Source of the DNA: a virus
Taxonomy: Duplodnaviria; Caudoviricetes
Virus record (IMG/VR): IMGVR_UViG_3300038673_000482
Location: 1 to 40,719 of that record
Direction: 5' to 3' (one strand)
Length of the DNA: 40,719 bases
Shown here: piece after piece, positions 1 to 8,393 of the stretch
Position numbering within the stretch: the stretch's first letter is position 1
Layout: every line of letters begins with the position of its first letter
Position numbers and translations under genes: made by a program
Notes under the pieces: model-generated
Database searches by the model: none
Told to the model about the DNA's origin: nothing
The model's input: only the letters and a program-made list of their open reading frames with translations

Positions 1-43
1 GCGATGAGGGCCTCGTCAGTGCAGGTGAACTGTCTCCTGGTGA
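1..43. repeat. 43-bp terminal overlap identical to 40677-40719 (circular contig)
   Basis: gcgatgagggcctcgtcagtgcaggtgaactgtctcctggtga occurs at both ends, and a minus-strand ORF reads in frame across the join. Confidence 0.95.
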
Positions 44-2279
44 GCTCCCCCAGGGAGATGAGGATGGTGTCATCTCCCTGCCCATATAATCCTACCTCGG
101 GGGGAGCCTCCATCGAACCTTTGATCAGGACGGTGTCGCTTGATTGCAGGTATCTCCCGTGCATGTCGACGAGTGCGACCAGGACCTCATCGGTGCTGTT
201 GATCAGGACCGTGACCAGTGAGGACTCTCCAAGGGAGACGAGGACTGCGTCGGTCTTTGTCATCTTCGAGGGTATGGTGAAGACCCCTGTAATGCTGGTA
301 GAGAGGAGAGTGTCGGATTTCCCGGTGACTGTGGTCCAGGGGAAGATCACATCGAAGACCCCGGTGAGCTCGGCCTCGAGAAGGATGTCGGATTTCCCGG
401 TGACTGTGGTCCAGGGGAAGATCACATCGAACTTCCCGGTGATCGTCCTTGTCGCCCCGATGTCATACTTCCCTATGATAGGTGATGAGGGGTGTGTGAC
501 GTCGAACTTCCCGGTGAGCTCGGCCTCGAGAAGGATGTCGGAAAGACCTGTCAGCTCTTTCTCCTGGTTGATGAGGATGTCCGATACCCCTGTGATCGTT
601 CTCCCCAGGTGGATCTTCGATCTTCCAGTGATGCCCTTCTCGACGGGGACCTCGAAGCAGATCAGTACATGCCCTTTTGCGCCGGCACCCCCATTCCCAC
701 CGTCGCCTCCGCCGTAAATGGCCCAGGCCCCCCCGCCTCCGCCTCCACCCCCGGCTCCGTATCCCGATCCCCCGAGCCCTGCCTCTCCTCCCAGGGCGAC
801 GTGTTGACCGTATGGGACGATGGCATCCTCTCCGGGCATCCCGTCCGATGCAGAGATCCCGGGGGTGTAGGAACTGGTCCCGTTCATGCCGTGAGACCGA
901 TCGCGATATTTGTAGAGGTTCGACCCCCCGGATCCCCCGGACCCTCCCATCGCCTTAAACTCTACTCCCGCCCGGGTCACCGAGGAGTATCCCCCATACC
1001 CTCCAGGAGATCCATTGCTGATGCCCCCGGCCCCGGATCCCCACCCTCCCGATCCACCATTCCCAACGACGATCGTGAGGATCTGCCCGGGAGTTACAGA
1101 GACGGTGGAGATAAGGGTGGATCCCGCTCCGCCCCCATACCCTCTCTCTCCCCAGTATTGGACGTTCGCTCCACCTCGGCCTCCTCCGCCTCCGCCTCCG
1201 CCCCCTTGGATTGTGAAGGTGGCCTTCCTCGCCCAGGAAGGGACGACCAGGGTGCCGGATGAGGTGAAGACATGACAACGCTCGTATACGGTGTATTTCC
1301 CAGTGAGCTCTTTTTCAACTGGTTCCTCTCCAGGTTCTTCACCTGGCCCCCCATATAGAGAGGCAGTATATTGGAGGTGTAACAGACTGTTTGATTGGCT
1401 CTTCCCTGCGGTTGCGGATGGTTCTGTGGTGAGGTATTTTCTCACCAGGAACCAGTCACAATGAATATATTCGTTCCATGAATCGCAAGCCGTTGAAACG
1501 TGAATCGGAATGCTACCGGAGGGAACGCGAGTATTTGTTGTTGCTGCCTGGACGCCATCAATCTTCAATGTGGCGTATCCCGTTGCCCCATTGCGGATAA
1601 TATCAAAGATGTGGAACTGATTATCAATTGGATTATTGTTAGGGGTAACCGCCCATAAACCACTACTACTGGTCTCCAACTTATAACCCGTAACAGGTGA
1701 GCCATCACGAGGGATCATTGAGATGCGGTTGTTGTAGGCCCCGTTCATGACCCTGCCATCATACCCGACCATCGGATAGTTGTATCCTGCGGTCTTGGTT
1801 CTGGTTCTAACTGCGGTGTTGGTGCCAAATGAGGTCTTTGATTGAATCCCCTTTACGACGGAGGTGCTGGTGTTGTGGAGTTGATACACCCCGTCAACTA
1901 CCGCTTCGCTGTCAGGAGGACTAACAGATTTATCCCATTTTGCGGTATTTACAGTCCCAAAGGAGAAATCATCGAAGAACTCAAATACGTCGTCCCCCGA
2001 GGATTCCGAGACGGCTTTGCCGTTCCCGTAGTAACAGAAGAACTTCGCGCAGTTCTGGGGCAGTTTTATCCAGACAGATGCGCTCGTGCCGGTTGTCGAA
2101 GTTTCAATCCAATATGGGAAAATGTCGCCTTGGTCGGTAGCGAACCGAATATCAGAAAAATCCCGGCGCATCCCGGGTTTCCAGGTGACAGTAATTGGAA
2201 CCTGGTGATAACTCGCAGTGGGTTTATTCGTTACACTATACGGGACTCTATACTTCCACTGGGAATATGGCTGGCTCAT
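1..2279 (-). CDS. Large fibre/adhesin protein, 5' part (~897 aa in total, continues at 40676-40262): DUF2341-like domain, glycine-rich domain, TG(K/V)xD repeats, DxVLIxLGE repeats
   Basis: Hand-translated; absent from the ORF track because it has no stop before the contig end. ATG at 2279 follows AGGAGG. MSQPYSQWKYR...FSDIRFAT...PYWIE...VWIKLP...YYGN...DVFEFFDDF is DUF2341-like, followed by GGGGGGGG-type glycine-rich segments. Confidence 0.8.
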   Translation of the reverse strand, partial: MSQPYSQWKYRVPYSVTNKPTASYHQVPITVTWKPGMRRDFSDIRFATDQGDIFPYWIETSTTGTSASVWIKLPQNCAKFFCYYGNGKAVSESSGDDVFEFFDDFSFGTVNTAKWDKSVSPPDSEAVVDGVYQLHNTSTSVVKGIQSKTSFGTNTAVRTRTKTAGYNYPMVGYDGRVMNGAYNNRISMIPRDGSPVTGYKLETSSSGLWAVTPNNNPIDNQFHIFDIIRNGATGYATLKIDGVQAATTNTRVPSGSIPIHVSTACDSWNEYIHCDWFLVRKYLTTEPSATAGKSQSNSLLHLQYTASLYGGPGEEPGEEPVEKELTGKYTVYERCHVFTSSGTLVVPSWARKATFTIQGGGGGGGGGRGGANVQYWGERGYGGGAGSTLISTVSVTPGQILTIVVGNGGSGGWGSGAGGISNGSPGGYGGYSSVTRAGVEFKAMGGSGGSGGSNLYKYRDRSHGMNGTSSYTPGISASDGMPGEDAIVPYGQHVALGGEAGLGGSGYGAGGGGGGGGAWAIYGGGDGGNGGAGAKGHVLICFEVPVEKGITGRSKIHLGRTITGVSDILINQEKELTGLSDILLEAELTGKFDVTHPSSPIIGKYDIGATRTITGKFDVIFPWTTVTGKSDILLEAELTGVFDVIFPWTTVTGKSDTLLSTSITGVFTIPSKMTKTDAVLVSLGESSLVTVLINSTDEVLVALVDMHGRYLQSSDTVLIKGSMEAPPEVGLYGQGDDTILISLGELTRRQFTCTDEALI
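311..542. repeat. Intragenic direct repeats in the fibre gene
   Basis: A 46-bp exact repeat at 311-356 and 386-431 (75 bp apart) and a 33-bp repeat at 360-392 and 510-542 (150 bp apart); both spacings keep the frame. Confidence 0.9.
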
Positions 2280-2308
2280 GGGGACCTCCTCCTGATTTCA
2301 AAAAACCG

Positions 2309-2698
2309 TCAGGAGGGATCTGATGCGATCTGCGGGATACTGTAGACACTGATTGCAGTGATGCTGTAGGTGGTGTCAAGGTTCGTTACCAGTACCCGGA
2401 TATACTTCGGTGCCGGGAGGATGGCGAAGTGGACTTTGACAGCATTGCCTGCGGAGACTGCCACATCAAACTGGTCATAGGGATGTGTCGAGGAGTCCCA
2501 GTTGATATTATCGTCAGATGCGTAGACCTTGACCGTCGCCCCGAGGGTTGCAGAGGCATTGAACGTCATTTCAACGTCAATCGCCATCTGGATTGCCGAT
2601 GACAAATCAACTGCCGTGCATTCTGACGCTGTGGTGCTGGAGGATGCGTTCGCAGTCTTATTGTCAAGGATCTTCGTTGAGGTTTTCGAGAGGGCCAT
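2309..2698 (-). CDS. Putative virion structural protein (beta-rich, 129 aa)
   Basis: Ser/Thr/Ala-rich; GGAGG RBS; lies in the fibre operon. Confidence 0.6.
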   Translation of the reverse strand: MALSKTSTKILDNKTANASSSTTASECTAVDLSSAIQMAIDVEMTFNASATLGATVKVYASDDNINWDSSTHPYDQFDVAVSAGNAVKVHFAILPAPKYIRVLVTNLDTTYSITAISVYSIPQIASDPS

Positions 2699-3096
2699 TA
2701 TACGGCCTCCTTGGTTAGTTCACTGGTTTCTGTTTTCAGAACGACTCCCTCCTTTAGCCCGACAATCTCCACCTTCACCGTGGTCTCTTCTTTTACCGGG
2801 TTTGGGTTCTGCCGGGTGTAGGTTTTCACGTTCTCCTCCTCGTAGATCCTTCCCAGGATGCCGGTGATCGCGGTCTGCTCCTCCTCCGTCTTCTCTACCT
2901 TCTTCTTATATTCCAGGATGAGGGGTGCGAGGAGCGACCCCTTCTCATTCACGTTCACCAGGGCCGATACAGAGGTCCAGGTCTTCTCCCAATCATTCCC
3001 CTGGGTGTCAGTGGTGAGGTCTGCTGAAACACTGAAAATGGAGGGGTCATGAGTAGGAGCTACCTTGATCGAATCCTTGTCTATATAGTAGACCAT
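2698..3096 (-). CDS. Hypothetical protein, fibre operon
   Basis: 132-aa ORF, stop/start coupled to the downstream gene. Confidence 0.6.
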   Translation of the reverse strand: MVYYIDKDSIKVAPTHDPSIFSVSADLTTDTQGNDWEKTWTSVSALVNVNEKGSLLAPLILEYKKKVEKTEEEQTAITGILGRIYEEENVKTYTRQNPNPVKEETTVKVEIVGLKEGVVLKTETSELTKEAV

Positions 3097-3101
3097 GACG
3101 A

Positions 3102-3803
3102 TCAGCTCGATGTGACCTTAATTGTGAACGTGTCATCCGTATAGCCATCTCCTTCGGCAGAGACGACCCGCTTAAGCCAGATTCCGATCCCTGCGTTCTG
3201 GGGGAGGCTCCCCAGGATGAGGACGTCTGCGTGTCCCGAAGAGGTTGGATTTACGAACGTCGAGGCAGTGATCGGCGCGAGTTTCGCCCCTTTGCTTGCC
3301 CCAGTCGTCCCACCATACGATGACGCCAGTGTGATCGTCAGACCATCGGCCGAGACACTCGCGATCGCGACTGCGTTCGCGGCCGTATCATCAGTGGAAT
3401 TGAAGATCTTCTCCCCGGGGCGGCATTCTTTCGAGACGTCGTTTGTGCAGGTGATCTCTGTCGAGGCCGCGAAGGTGAAGGTCCCGCTTAAGGCATCCGA
3501 GTCGGCACTCTGTTTTGATTTTGATCCTCCCGCAACGACTGTGATGTGTGTGTTCTCTGCGGGGGTGTTCTCCTCGATCCATGCCTTGATGTTCTCGTAA
3601 GTGTCCTCGTTCTCATTCCGGAGGAAGATCTTCCGGTAATCGGTGACCCCGGAGATCCGCTCGGCGTCACTTATGTTATCGAAAATGTTCTGGGAGGTGT
3701 TGTTGCTGATAGGAGAGGAGGTATCCATCCCTCCCCCATGAGAGGACCCCTCGGCCCAGGTCAGGCATTTATACCAGGTCAAGTTCTCCGCGAGGATTGC
3801 CAT
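3102..3803 (-). CDS. Putative virion structural/tail-associated protein
   Basis: NIFDNISDAERISGVTDYRKIFLRN and GIWLKRVV resemble tailed-virus structural proteins; GGAGG RBS. Confidence 0.65.
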   Translation of the reverse strand: MAILAENLTWYKCLTWAEGSSHGGGMDTSSPISNNTSQNIFDNISDAERISGVTDYRKIFLRNENEDTYENIKAWIEENTPAENTHITVVAGGSKSKQSADSDALSGTFTFAASTEITCTNDVSKECRPGEKIFNSTDDTAANAVAIASVSADGLTITLASSYGGTTGASKGAKLAPITASTFVNPTSSGHADVLILGSLPQNAGIGIWLKRVVSAEGDGYTDDTFTIKVTSS

Positions 3804-3822
3804 GGCTCATTCCCTCCTGGGG

Positions 3823-4209
3823 TTAGGACCCGATGTTGAACGTGAGCTGGACCCCGAATATCCAGATCTGCCCGGATGTTTTGGTCCCGTTCGATTCTAC
3901 TTTCCGCGTCAACATGACCCCCCCAGACGAGGCGTTGAAGGTGGCCCATTCCGCCCAGGTGAAGTTTCCGACGGAGGTCCCAAATGTCGCCTGAAAGTTG
4001 AGGACGTTCGTGGCGATCGTCGGGAATCCCGTATCCATACTGACCCTGACTTTATTCGTCGCGGCTTGGAGGTCGGTCTGGTTCGCATTGAAGGCCGTGC
4101 TCGAGTCTCCGACTCCGATATGTGCGTTCGCATTGTTGAACGGGGTCGGGGGACCGTCCTGGATGGTTGCGGCCGCGAGGAAATTCCGGCCGGCATTGGT
4201 AAGAGGCAT
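3823..4209 (-). CDS. Tail/collar fibre-base-like structural protein (start revised to MPLTNAGR)
   Basis: LTNAGR...HIGVG...EWATFN..GG.ML.RK pattern resembles fibre attachment domains. Confidence 0.65.
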   Translation of the reverse strand: MPLTNAGRNFLAAATIQDGPPTPFNNANAHIGVGDSSTAFNANQTDLQAATNKVRVSMDTGFPTIATNVLNFQATFGTSVGNFTWAEWATFNASSGGVMLTRKVESNGTKTSGQIWIFGVQLTFNIGS

Positions 4210-4213
4210 TTCT

Positions 4214-4426
4214 CTACTCCTTGTCAAAGGGGACCCATTCCGCCTTCCCCTCGGGCGTGATCCGAAGTCGTCCCTGGTCGACGAGGGCCTGGACTTCCTC
4301 CTGGGAGAGAATCCGAGAGTTCTCGACAACCTCATACGGTTCGTCGACTGCAGGGTCCGCCCCCTCCCGGTATTTCTGGAGATAGGACTTCTCCTCGACG
4401 ACAATGTGTATCGGCAATTCTGCCAT
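4214..4426 (-). CDS. Small protein, first gene of the fibre operon
   Basis: 70 aa; ATG lies 30 nt downstream of the late-promoter motif. Confidence 0.65.
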   Translation of the reverse strand: MAELPIHIVVEEKSYLQKYREGADPAVDEPYEVVENSRILSQEEVQALVDQGRLRITPEGKAEWVPFDKE

Positions 4427-4449
4427 CAGAAGAGGGTGGGGGGGTATGC

Positions 4450-4463
4450 TATTATACGGGAAT
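4450..4463 (-). promoter_or_regulatory. Late-type promoter ATTCCCGTATAATA
   Basis: Same motif and spacing as the copies before 23137, 26884, 27725, 38256 and 39926. Confidence 0.7.
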
Positions 4464-4473
4464 GAGGGGACGG

Positions 4474-4608
4474 TCAGTTTTCAGGAACGAACCATTTCCC
4501 GCAGTTTCGGCAATTGAGCTTTGTCCTCGCGCTTGAGGCCCATTCTTTTCCGCACCTGGGGCATTTCACGACCCGGAGGGGAAGGCCCTCCGGGAGGCGT
4601 GTGTTCAT
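4474..4608 (-). CDS. Zn-ribbon microprotein (CPRC...CRNC), last gene of the early operon
   Basis: Hand-translated MNTRLPEGLPLRVVKCPRCGKEWASSARTKLNCRNCGKWFVPEN; GGAGAGG upstream. Confidence 0.6.
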   Translation of the reverse strand: MNTRLPEGLPLRVVKCPRCGKEWASSARTKLNCRNCGKWFVPEN

Positions 4609-4697
4609 TTCCTCTCCTTGTTCTTGAGTCGGTCCATCTCCTCGACCATTGACTTCTCTTTTTCTTTGTTTGATTTCTTTCCCATGTTCTCACCTCC

Positions 4698-5342
4698 TTA
4701 TAGGTAACTCTCGACCGTGAGTGGTTGTTGTTCCATCCTCCCCAGGGCGACCGCGTGGGTGCCCGGGTCAATTTCCATCCCGAGGTAGTTCATCCCCAGG
4801 GCCTTCGCCGCGAGACAAGTGGTCCCCGAGCCGGCGAATGGGTCGAGGACTAGGTCCCCGGGCCGGGCGAAGGTCCGGAGGAGGTGGATCGCCTCGTGGA
4901 TGTCCTGTTGCCAGGCATGATAGGTCTTCGACCGCTTACCCGTGACGACGTCCAAAGAGACTCTGTTTAGGGGCTTTATGGGGGCCTTCTGGTAGACGAT
5001 GATCGGCTTGAATCCTGCGATGATGTTCCTCGAGTGGACGAGACACTTCGCACCATGGTTGCCCTGACAGAAGAGCCAGTAGTACGCGAGGCCGGCGTCT
5101 CCCATGATCCGCATAATCTTGTCGAGGTTGATGTGGCCGCAATAGGAGATCAGGAATCCCGAGGGCTTGAGGACCCGGGCACCCTGGAGGGCGAGGGTGG
5201 TGTAGGCCCCCGCCCATACCTCCTTGATATATGGGGGGTCGGTGAGGATGATGTCGACCGACTCATCCTTAAGGGCGGCCATCCCTTCGGAGCAGTCACA
5301 GTTTAGGATCGTCCTCAATGCTGATCCTCCCGGTCCCTCCAC
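4698..5342 (-). CDS. DNA methyltransferase, N6-adenine/N4-cytosine, beta class
   Basis: Motif IV (DIILTDPPY) precedes motif I (LVLDPFAGSGTT); no adjacent restriction enzyme; exact start uncertain. Confidence 0.92.
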   Translation of the reverse strand: MEGPGGSALRTILNCDCSEGMAALKDESVDIILTDPPYIKEVWAGAYTTLALQGARVLKPSGFLISYCGHINLDKIMRIMGDAGLAYYWLFCQGNHGAKCLVHSRNIIAGFKPIIVYQKAPIKPLNRVSLDVVTGKRSKTYHAWQQDIHEAIHLLRTFARPGDLVLDPFAGSGTTCLAAKALGMNYLGMEIDPGTHAVALGRMEQQPLTVESYL

Positions 5343-5515
5343 ACTCGAGGCACCTTACCCCTTTCCGCTCGTTGAAAATCCCCGTCCCCCTGCAGGAGGG
5401 GCAGGTGAGGTCCCGCCAGGTGTCTTTCATTTTTCCTCCCAGGTGCATCCCTCGGCCGGGTCCCACCAGTTACAGGACGGGCAGTCCGCATCTCCCCCGG
5501 CCGGGCAGGGGTCGA

Positions 5516-5722
5516 TCATACCTCCATCTCCCGGATTGAGACGACCTTCTGGCCCCCTGGGAGGGGGTCGATATAGATCAGATCGTCGGGGTGGTCTTTC
5601 CGGGTCCGGAGGATACATGACTGGACCTCCTCCCATCTCGAGTAGGTCCCGAGAATCTTTCTCCCTGGGGGGACCTGTGTGAGATCCTCGTTGAGTAGGC
5701 CGAACTCTGCGAGGGTTGTCAT
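5516..5722 (-). CDS. Hypothetical protein
   Basis: 68 aa; ATGA coupling; GGTGAGG RBS. Confidence 0.55.
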   Translation of the reverse strand: MTTLAEFGLLNEDLTQVPPGRKILGTYSRWEEVQSCILRTRKDHPDDLIYIDPLPGGQKVVSIREMEV

Positions 5723-5955
5723 GACCTCACCTTCGCGGTCGGTTTGGCGTATTCCGCGCCAGGGATCCGGAGTTTCTCCTCTGTGTTCAGGACTGCCAGT
5801 TCATGGGGACCCAGGATTGCCCGGATGAGATAGACTCCGTTGGTTTCGTTATAGAGTTTGATCCATTTCTCGACGTGGTCGATGTCCTTCTGGTCGCGGA
5901 GGGGGACTGCATTGACCAGGTGTTTCCCTGGGTGGAAGAGATAGAGTTTATACAT
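5719..5955 (-). CDS. Hypothetical protein
   Basis: 78 aa; GGAGGAG RBS. Confidence 0.6.
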   Translation of the reverse strand: MYKLYLFHPGKHLVNAVPLRDQKDIDHVEKWIKLYNETNGVYLIRAILGPHELAVLNTEEKLRIPGAEYAKPTAKVRS

Positions 5956-6091
5956 CTTTCTCCTCCGCCTCGATGATCAGCTTCTCAATGCAGTCGACGC
6001 ATAAGTCCCGGATCTTCGGGTTCGCCTTCTCGTAGGGGATGAGGAGGGGATACTCCTTCCCGCAGGTCGCGCAGGTCCGTATCCCTGTCAT
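5948..6091 (-). CDS. Zn-finger microprotein (CATC...CVDC)
   Basis: Hand-translated, 47 aa; GGAGG RBS; overlaps both neighbours. Confidence 0.55.
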   Translation of the reverse strand: MTGIRTCATCGKEYPLLIPYEKANPKIRDLCVDCIEKLIIEAEEKDV

Positions 6092-6372
6092 AATCTCCTC
6101 CACATCGGCCGGGTCCGCGACCCGAACGAGTACCAGGTCCCCTCAGCACAGATCACCTGCATTGATTTTGTGACCGCTCTCCTGATGGCCGCGACCTCTG
6201 GGGAGACTTTTTCAAGCCTTGACGCCTTGTGCTTGACCCCCATCAGGAAGAGAATCTCGTCCCGGGTGACGATGTCTCCCCGCACCCTTGCCAGAGCCGC
6301 CCTGACTCTCTCCGTGGCCTCCTCCTGGGTGGCGACCCCATAGGTGGCTGCGGCCTTCGCCGGAAGTCTCAC
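6088..6372 (-). CDS. Hypothetical basic protein (GTG start revised)
   Basis: GTG at 6372 overlaps the ASCH stop codon; the longer listed ORF overlaps ASCH. Confidence 0.5.
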   Translation of the reverse strand: MRLPAKAAATYGVATQEEATERVRAALARVRGDIVTRDEILFLMGVKHKASRLEKVSPEVAAIRRAVTKSMQVICAEGTWYSFGSRTRPMWRRL

Positions 6373-6704
6373 TCTCTCACCACCTCGAAGGTGATCGCCC
6401 AGACGAGCTCGTCCTCCCATCCCAGGGCAGGAAGTCGGCGATGGTTCAGGCCATGGAAGATCCGGAGGAACGTCGCCCTGTCGTCGAATCCCTCTGCCCG
6501 GGCGTCCTCCTCGGTGATGTCGCCGATCCGTTCCTGCCGGACGTCGAGGATCCGGACCTTCCCGAAGACGGCCTTCGGGTTGAATCGGTCCCGAGTGACT
6601 TTGTGGATGGACCCCACATTCCACCTCTTCTTTCCCAGGCGTCGGGTCTGGGTTTTCCGGCCGCTGAGGATGTCCTCAACGAGAAAATGGGAGAAGGTGA
6701 TCAT
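6369..6704 (-). CDS. ASCH domain protein
   Basis: ILSGRKTQTRR...GKVRI..V...RIGDITEEDARAEGF...VW.I.F signature. Confidence 0.9.
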   Translation of the reverse strand: MITFSHFLVEDILSGRKTQTRRLGKKRWNVGSIHKVTRDRFNPKAVFGKVRILDVRQERIGDITEEDARAEGFDDRATFLRIFHGLNHRRLPALGWEDELVWAITFEVVRE

Positions 6705-7051
6705 ACCAGTTCACCCCCGACCCGGAATCTCAAGTCCGGATACCGATAGAGGAGCATCTTCTCGGTCCGGTCGAACTCTCGGGTCCGGTATCCCTTGACG
6801 TCCTCGACCTCGACAGTGCCATCGAAATAGGTGACGCGGAAATCAGCCCGGTAATTGATCGGCCGGTGTTTCTTCCCATTCCGTTCAAATCCCTCCTGCA
6901 GGAGGTAGATGGGCTGCAGCTCGATGTCTTTGACGATCCCCTGGGCCTTCATGAGGAGGAGTTCCTGGTATCTCTTTGCCTCCTTCTTCGATGCAAACCT
7001 GATCCCCCTGACCTCGGTCGGGATCGCGCTGTATTTGTGTTTAGCTCTCAT
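6701..7051 (-). CDS. DUF1064 family PD-(D/E)xK nuclease-like protein (start revised to MRAKHKY)
   Basis: KY.A...GIRFASKKEA.RY.EL...IELQP.Y.L...Y.ADF...VEDVKG. Confidence 0.88.
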   Translation of the reverse strand: MRAKHKYSAIPTEVRGIRFASKKEAKRYQELLLMKAQGIVKDIELQPIYLLQEGFERNGKKHRPINYRADFRVTYFDGTVEVEDVKGYRTREFDRTEKMLLYRYPDLRFRVGGELV

Positions 7052-7298
7052 GGATGGCCTCCTTCTGGAGGAGTGTGATTCTCGGGACGCTTGCCAGATT
7101 TTCGAGTGTGTTGTTCTTTGGGTCACCGTCGATGTGGAGTATCACATGCCCGGGTGGGATCTTACCGTAGTGATCGACCCACACCTGCCGGTGGAGGCAG
7201 ACCTCCGTATATCGGCCCCGGGAATACTTCTTCCGACGATAATACCCCTGCCTGCAGAGGGAGTATACCCTCCCCATGTAGACGACCTTTTCAGTCAT
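7041..7298 (-). CDS. HNH endonuclease-like protein (short, possibly degenerate)
   Basis: LHRQVW..HYG.IP.GHVILHIDGD.KNN..ENL. Confidence 0.75.
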   Translation of the reverse strand: MTEKVVYMGRVYSLCRQGYYRRKKYSRGRYTEVCLHRQVWVDHYGKIPPGHVILHIDGDPKNNTLENLASVPRITLLQKEAIHES

Positions 7299-7299
7299 T

Positions 7300-7509
7300 C
7301 CCCGTCCCCCCGTGGGCTCTGTTTCGAGTGGAGGGATTTTTTTGGTATGGCATTAACTTTTTTTGCAGGTTAAGTAAAGTATATATACCTTGGAGGGCCA
7401 ACCATACACTGCCCTTTTTTTCCTGGATGAAAGAGAGATGACCCTCTTTTTCCACATCCCATACCTCGGAGAGAGTTCCAGTGGAAATGACGCCCACGGG
7501 GGTATGGGG
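7300..7509. other. Putative replication origin: inverted ORB-like pair flanking an AT/T-rich spacer
   Basis: Minus 7333-7300 CTCCACTCGAAACAGAGCCCACGGGGGGACGGGG and plus 7476-7509 TTCCAGTGGAAATGACGCCCACGGGGGTATGGGG are 25/34 identical; the 142-bp spacer has T-runs and AGTATATATAC. Confidence 0.7.
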
Positions 7510-7511
7510 GG

Positions 7512-7802
7512 TCATATAGTATCACCCCTCTCGTAGATGTTGATCGGCCTGTCATATCGGCCGCGTGTCTGTCCGCATTTCCTGATCAGCCCTCTTTTCC
7601 GGAGGTTCGCGACTGCCCGGATATACGAGCTGTGTGGGGTCCCCAGGGGGAGGACGACCCGTTCCTCGAGGTCTTCGACCGTAAAAAGTGGCATCCTCCG
7701 GACATAGACGAGGATCTTCGCCTCCTGGGTCTCGGCCTTCGTCTCAAAATCTGCGAGCTGGGCCTGGGTGAGGACGTGGCCGGTCTGGTGGTAGGAGTTC
7801 AA
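7512..7802 (-). CDS. Winged-helix DNA-binding protein
   Basis: FTVEDL...SSYIRAVANLRKRGLIRKCG..RG.Y.RP..IY fits a wHTH with wing. Confidence 0.65.
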   Translation of the reverse strand: MNSYHQTGHVLTQAQLADFETKAETQEAKILVYVRRMPLFTVEDLEERVVLPLGTPHSSYIRAVANLRKRGLIRKCGQTRGRYDRPINIYERGDTI

Positions 7803-7918
7803 TATTTTATCCCCCCAGGAGGAGTCGTATTCTCACACCTGGGGCAGGAGATCCATACGTCTGCAGTCCTGAATCTGTATCTGCAGATAGGACAGACCAC
7901 TATCCGGGGATGTTTCAA
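7799..7918 (-). CDS. Zn-ribbon microprotein (CPIC...CPRC)
   Basis: Hand-translated from TTG, 39 aa; overlaps both neighbours by 4 nt. Confidence 0.5.
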   Translation of the reverse strand: MKHPRIVVCPICRYRFRTADVWISCPRCENTTPPGGIKY

Positions 7919-8247
7919 GATGTCACCCCCGGGATCTTGGTCTGGTCAGGGTCGGCCATTGCCTTCACGGCCTTTGCCGGAGGGGGGGACATATCAACAC
8001 GGCCGGCGACGAGGAATCCTGCGTTCACTCCCTGGGGGGCGTCAGTCGGTTTCAGTACGAGGACTTTCTCCCCCTGCGAGTTGGTCAGGGTCCCGAGCTC
8101 ATACTCTTCGGACCCGTACGCACTCATCATCTTGATCAGGTTTTTCAGTACAGGGGTCCCGAGGAGCATGATCGGGTCATATCCGTCCTGGGGTTCGACG
8201 ATCCCGACTGCAATCACGTTCCCCGCGTCCTTCATCACGATCTTCAT
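7915..8247 (-). CDS. Hypothetical protein
   Basis: 110 aa; ATGA coupling. Confidence 0.6.
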   Translation of the reverse strand: MKIVMKDAGNVIAVGIVEPQDGYDPIMLLGTPVLKNLIKMMSAYGSEEYELGTLTNSQGEKVLVLKPTDAPQGVNAGFLVAGRVDMSPPPAKAVKAMADPDQTKIPGVTS

Positions 8248-8393
8248 GTGACGGCCCCCATGAGTTTCCGGACCATGTAGGCATTGAGGGCACCAGGGGT
8301 ATCCGGGTCGATTCCATGCTCCCGGGCCTTGGCGATAACCTTGTCCCTCTGCTCGAACGTCAGGCGGAGGGGGTAGATGGTCGTCTCGGTCAT
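8244..8393 (-). CDS. Small RHH-like protein
   Basis: MTETTIYPLRLTFEQRDKVIAKAREHG...LNAYMVRKL (strand-helix-helix pattern); ATGA coupling at both ends. Confidence 0.5.
   Translation of the reverse strand: MTETTIYPLRLTFEQRDKVIAKAREHGIDPDTPGALNAYMVRKLMGAVT

Noticed and set aside
311-542. CRISPR mini-array or DGR template/variable repeats
   Set aside because: The repeats are exact, in-frame and coding, with no unique spacers of regular length, no adenine-specific mismatches and no reverse transcriptase in the genome.
4698-5342. Complete restriction-modification system
   Set aside because: No cognate restriction endonuclease is adjacent; DUF1064 and HNH are ordinary viral early genes.
7291-7515. 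74-aa ORF as a functional protein
   Set aside because: Its sequence is explained by the ORB-like elements and T-runs; it may only preserve translational coupling. Not listed as a CDS, but not excluded.
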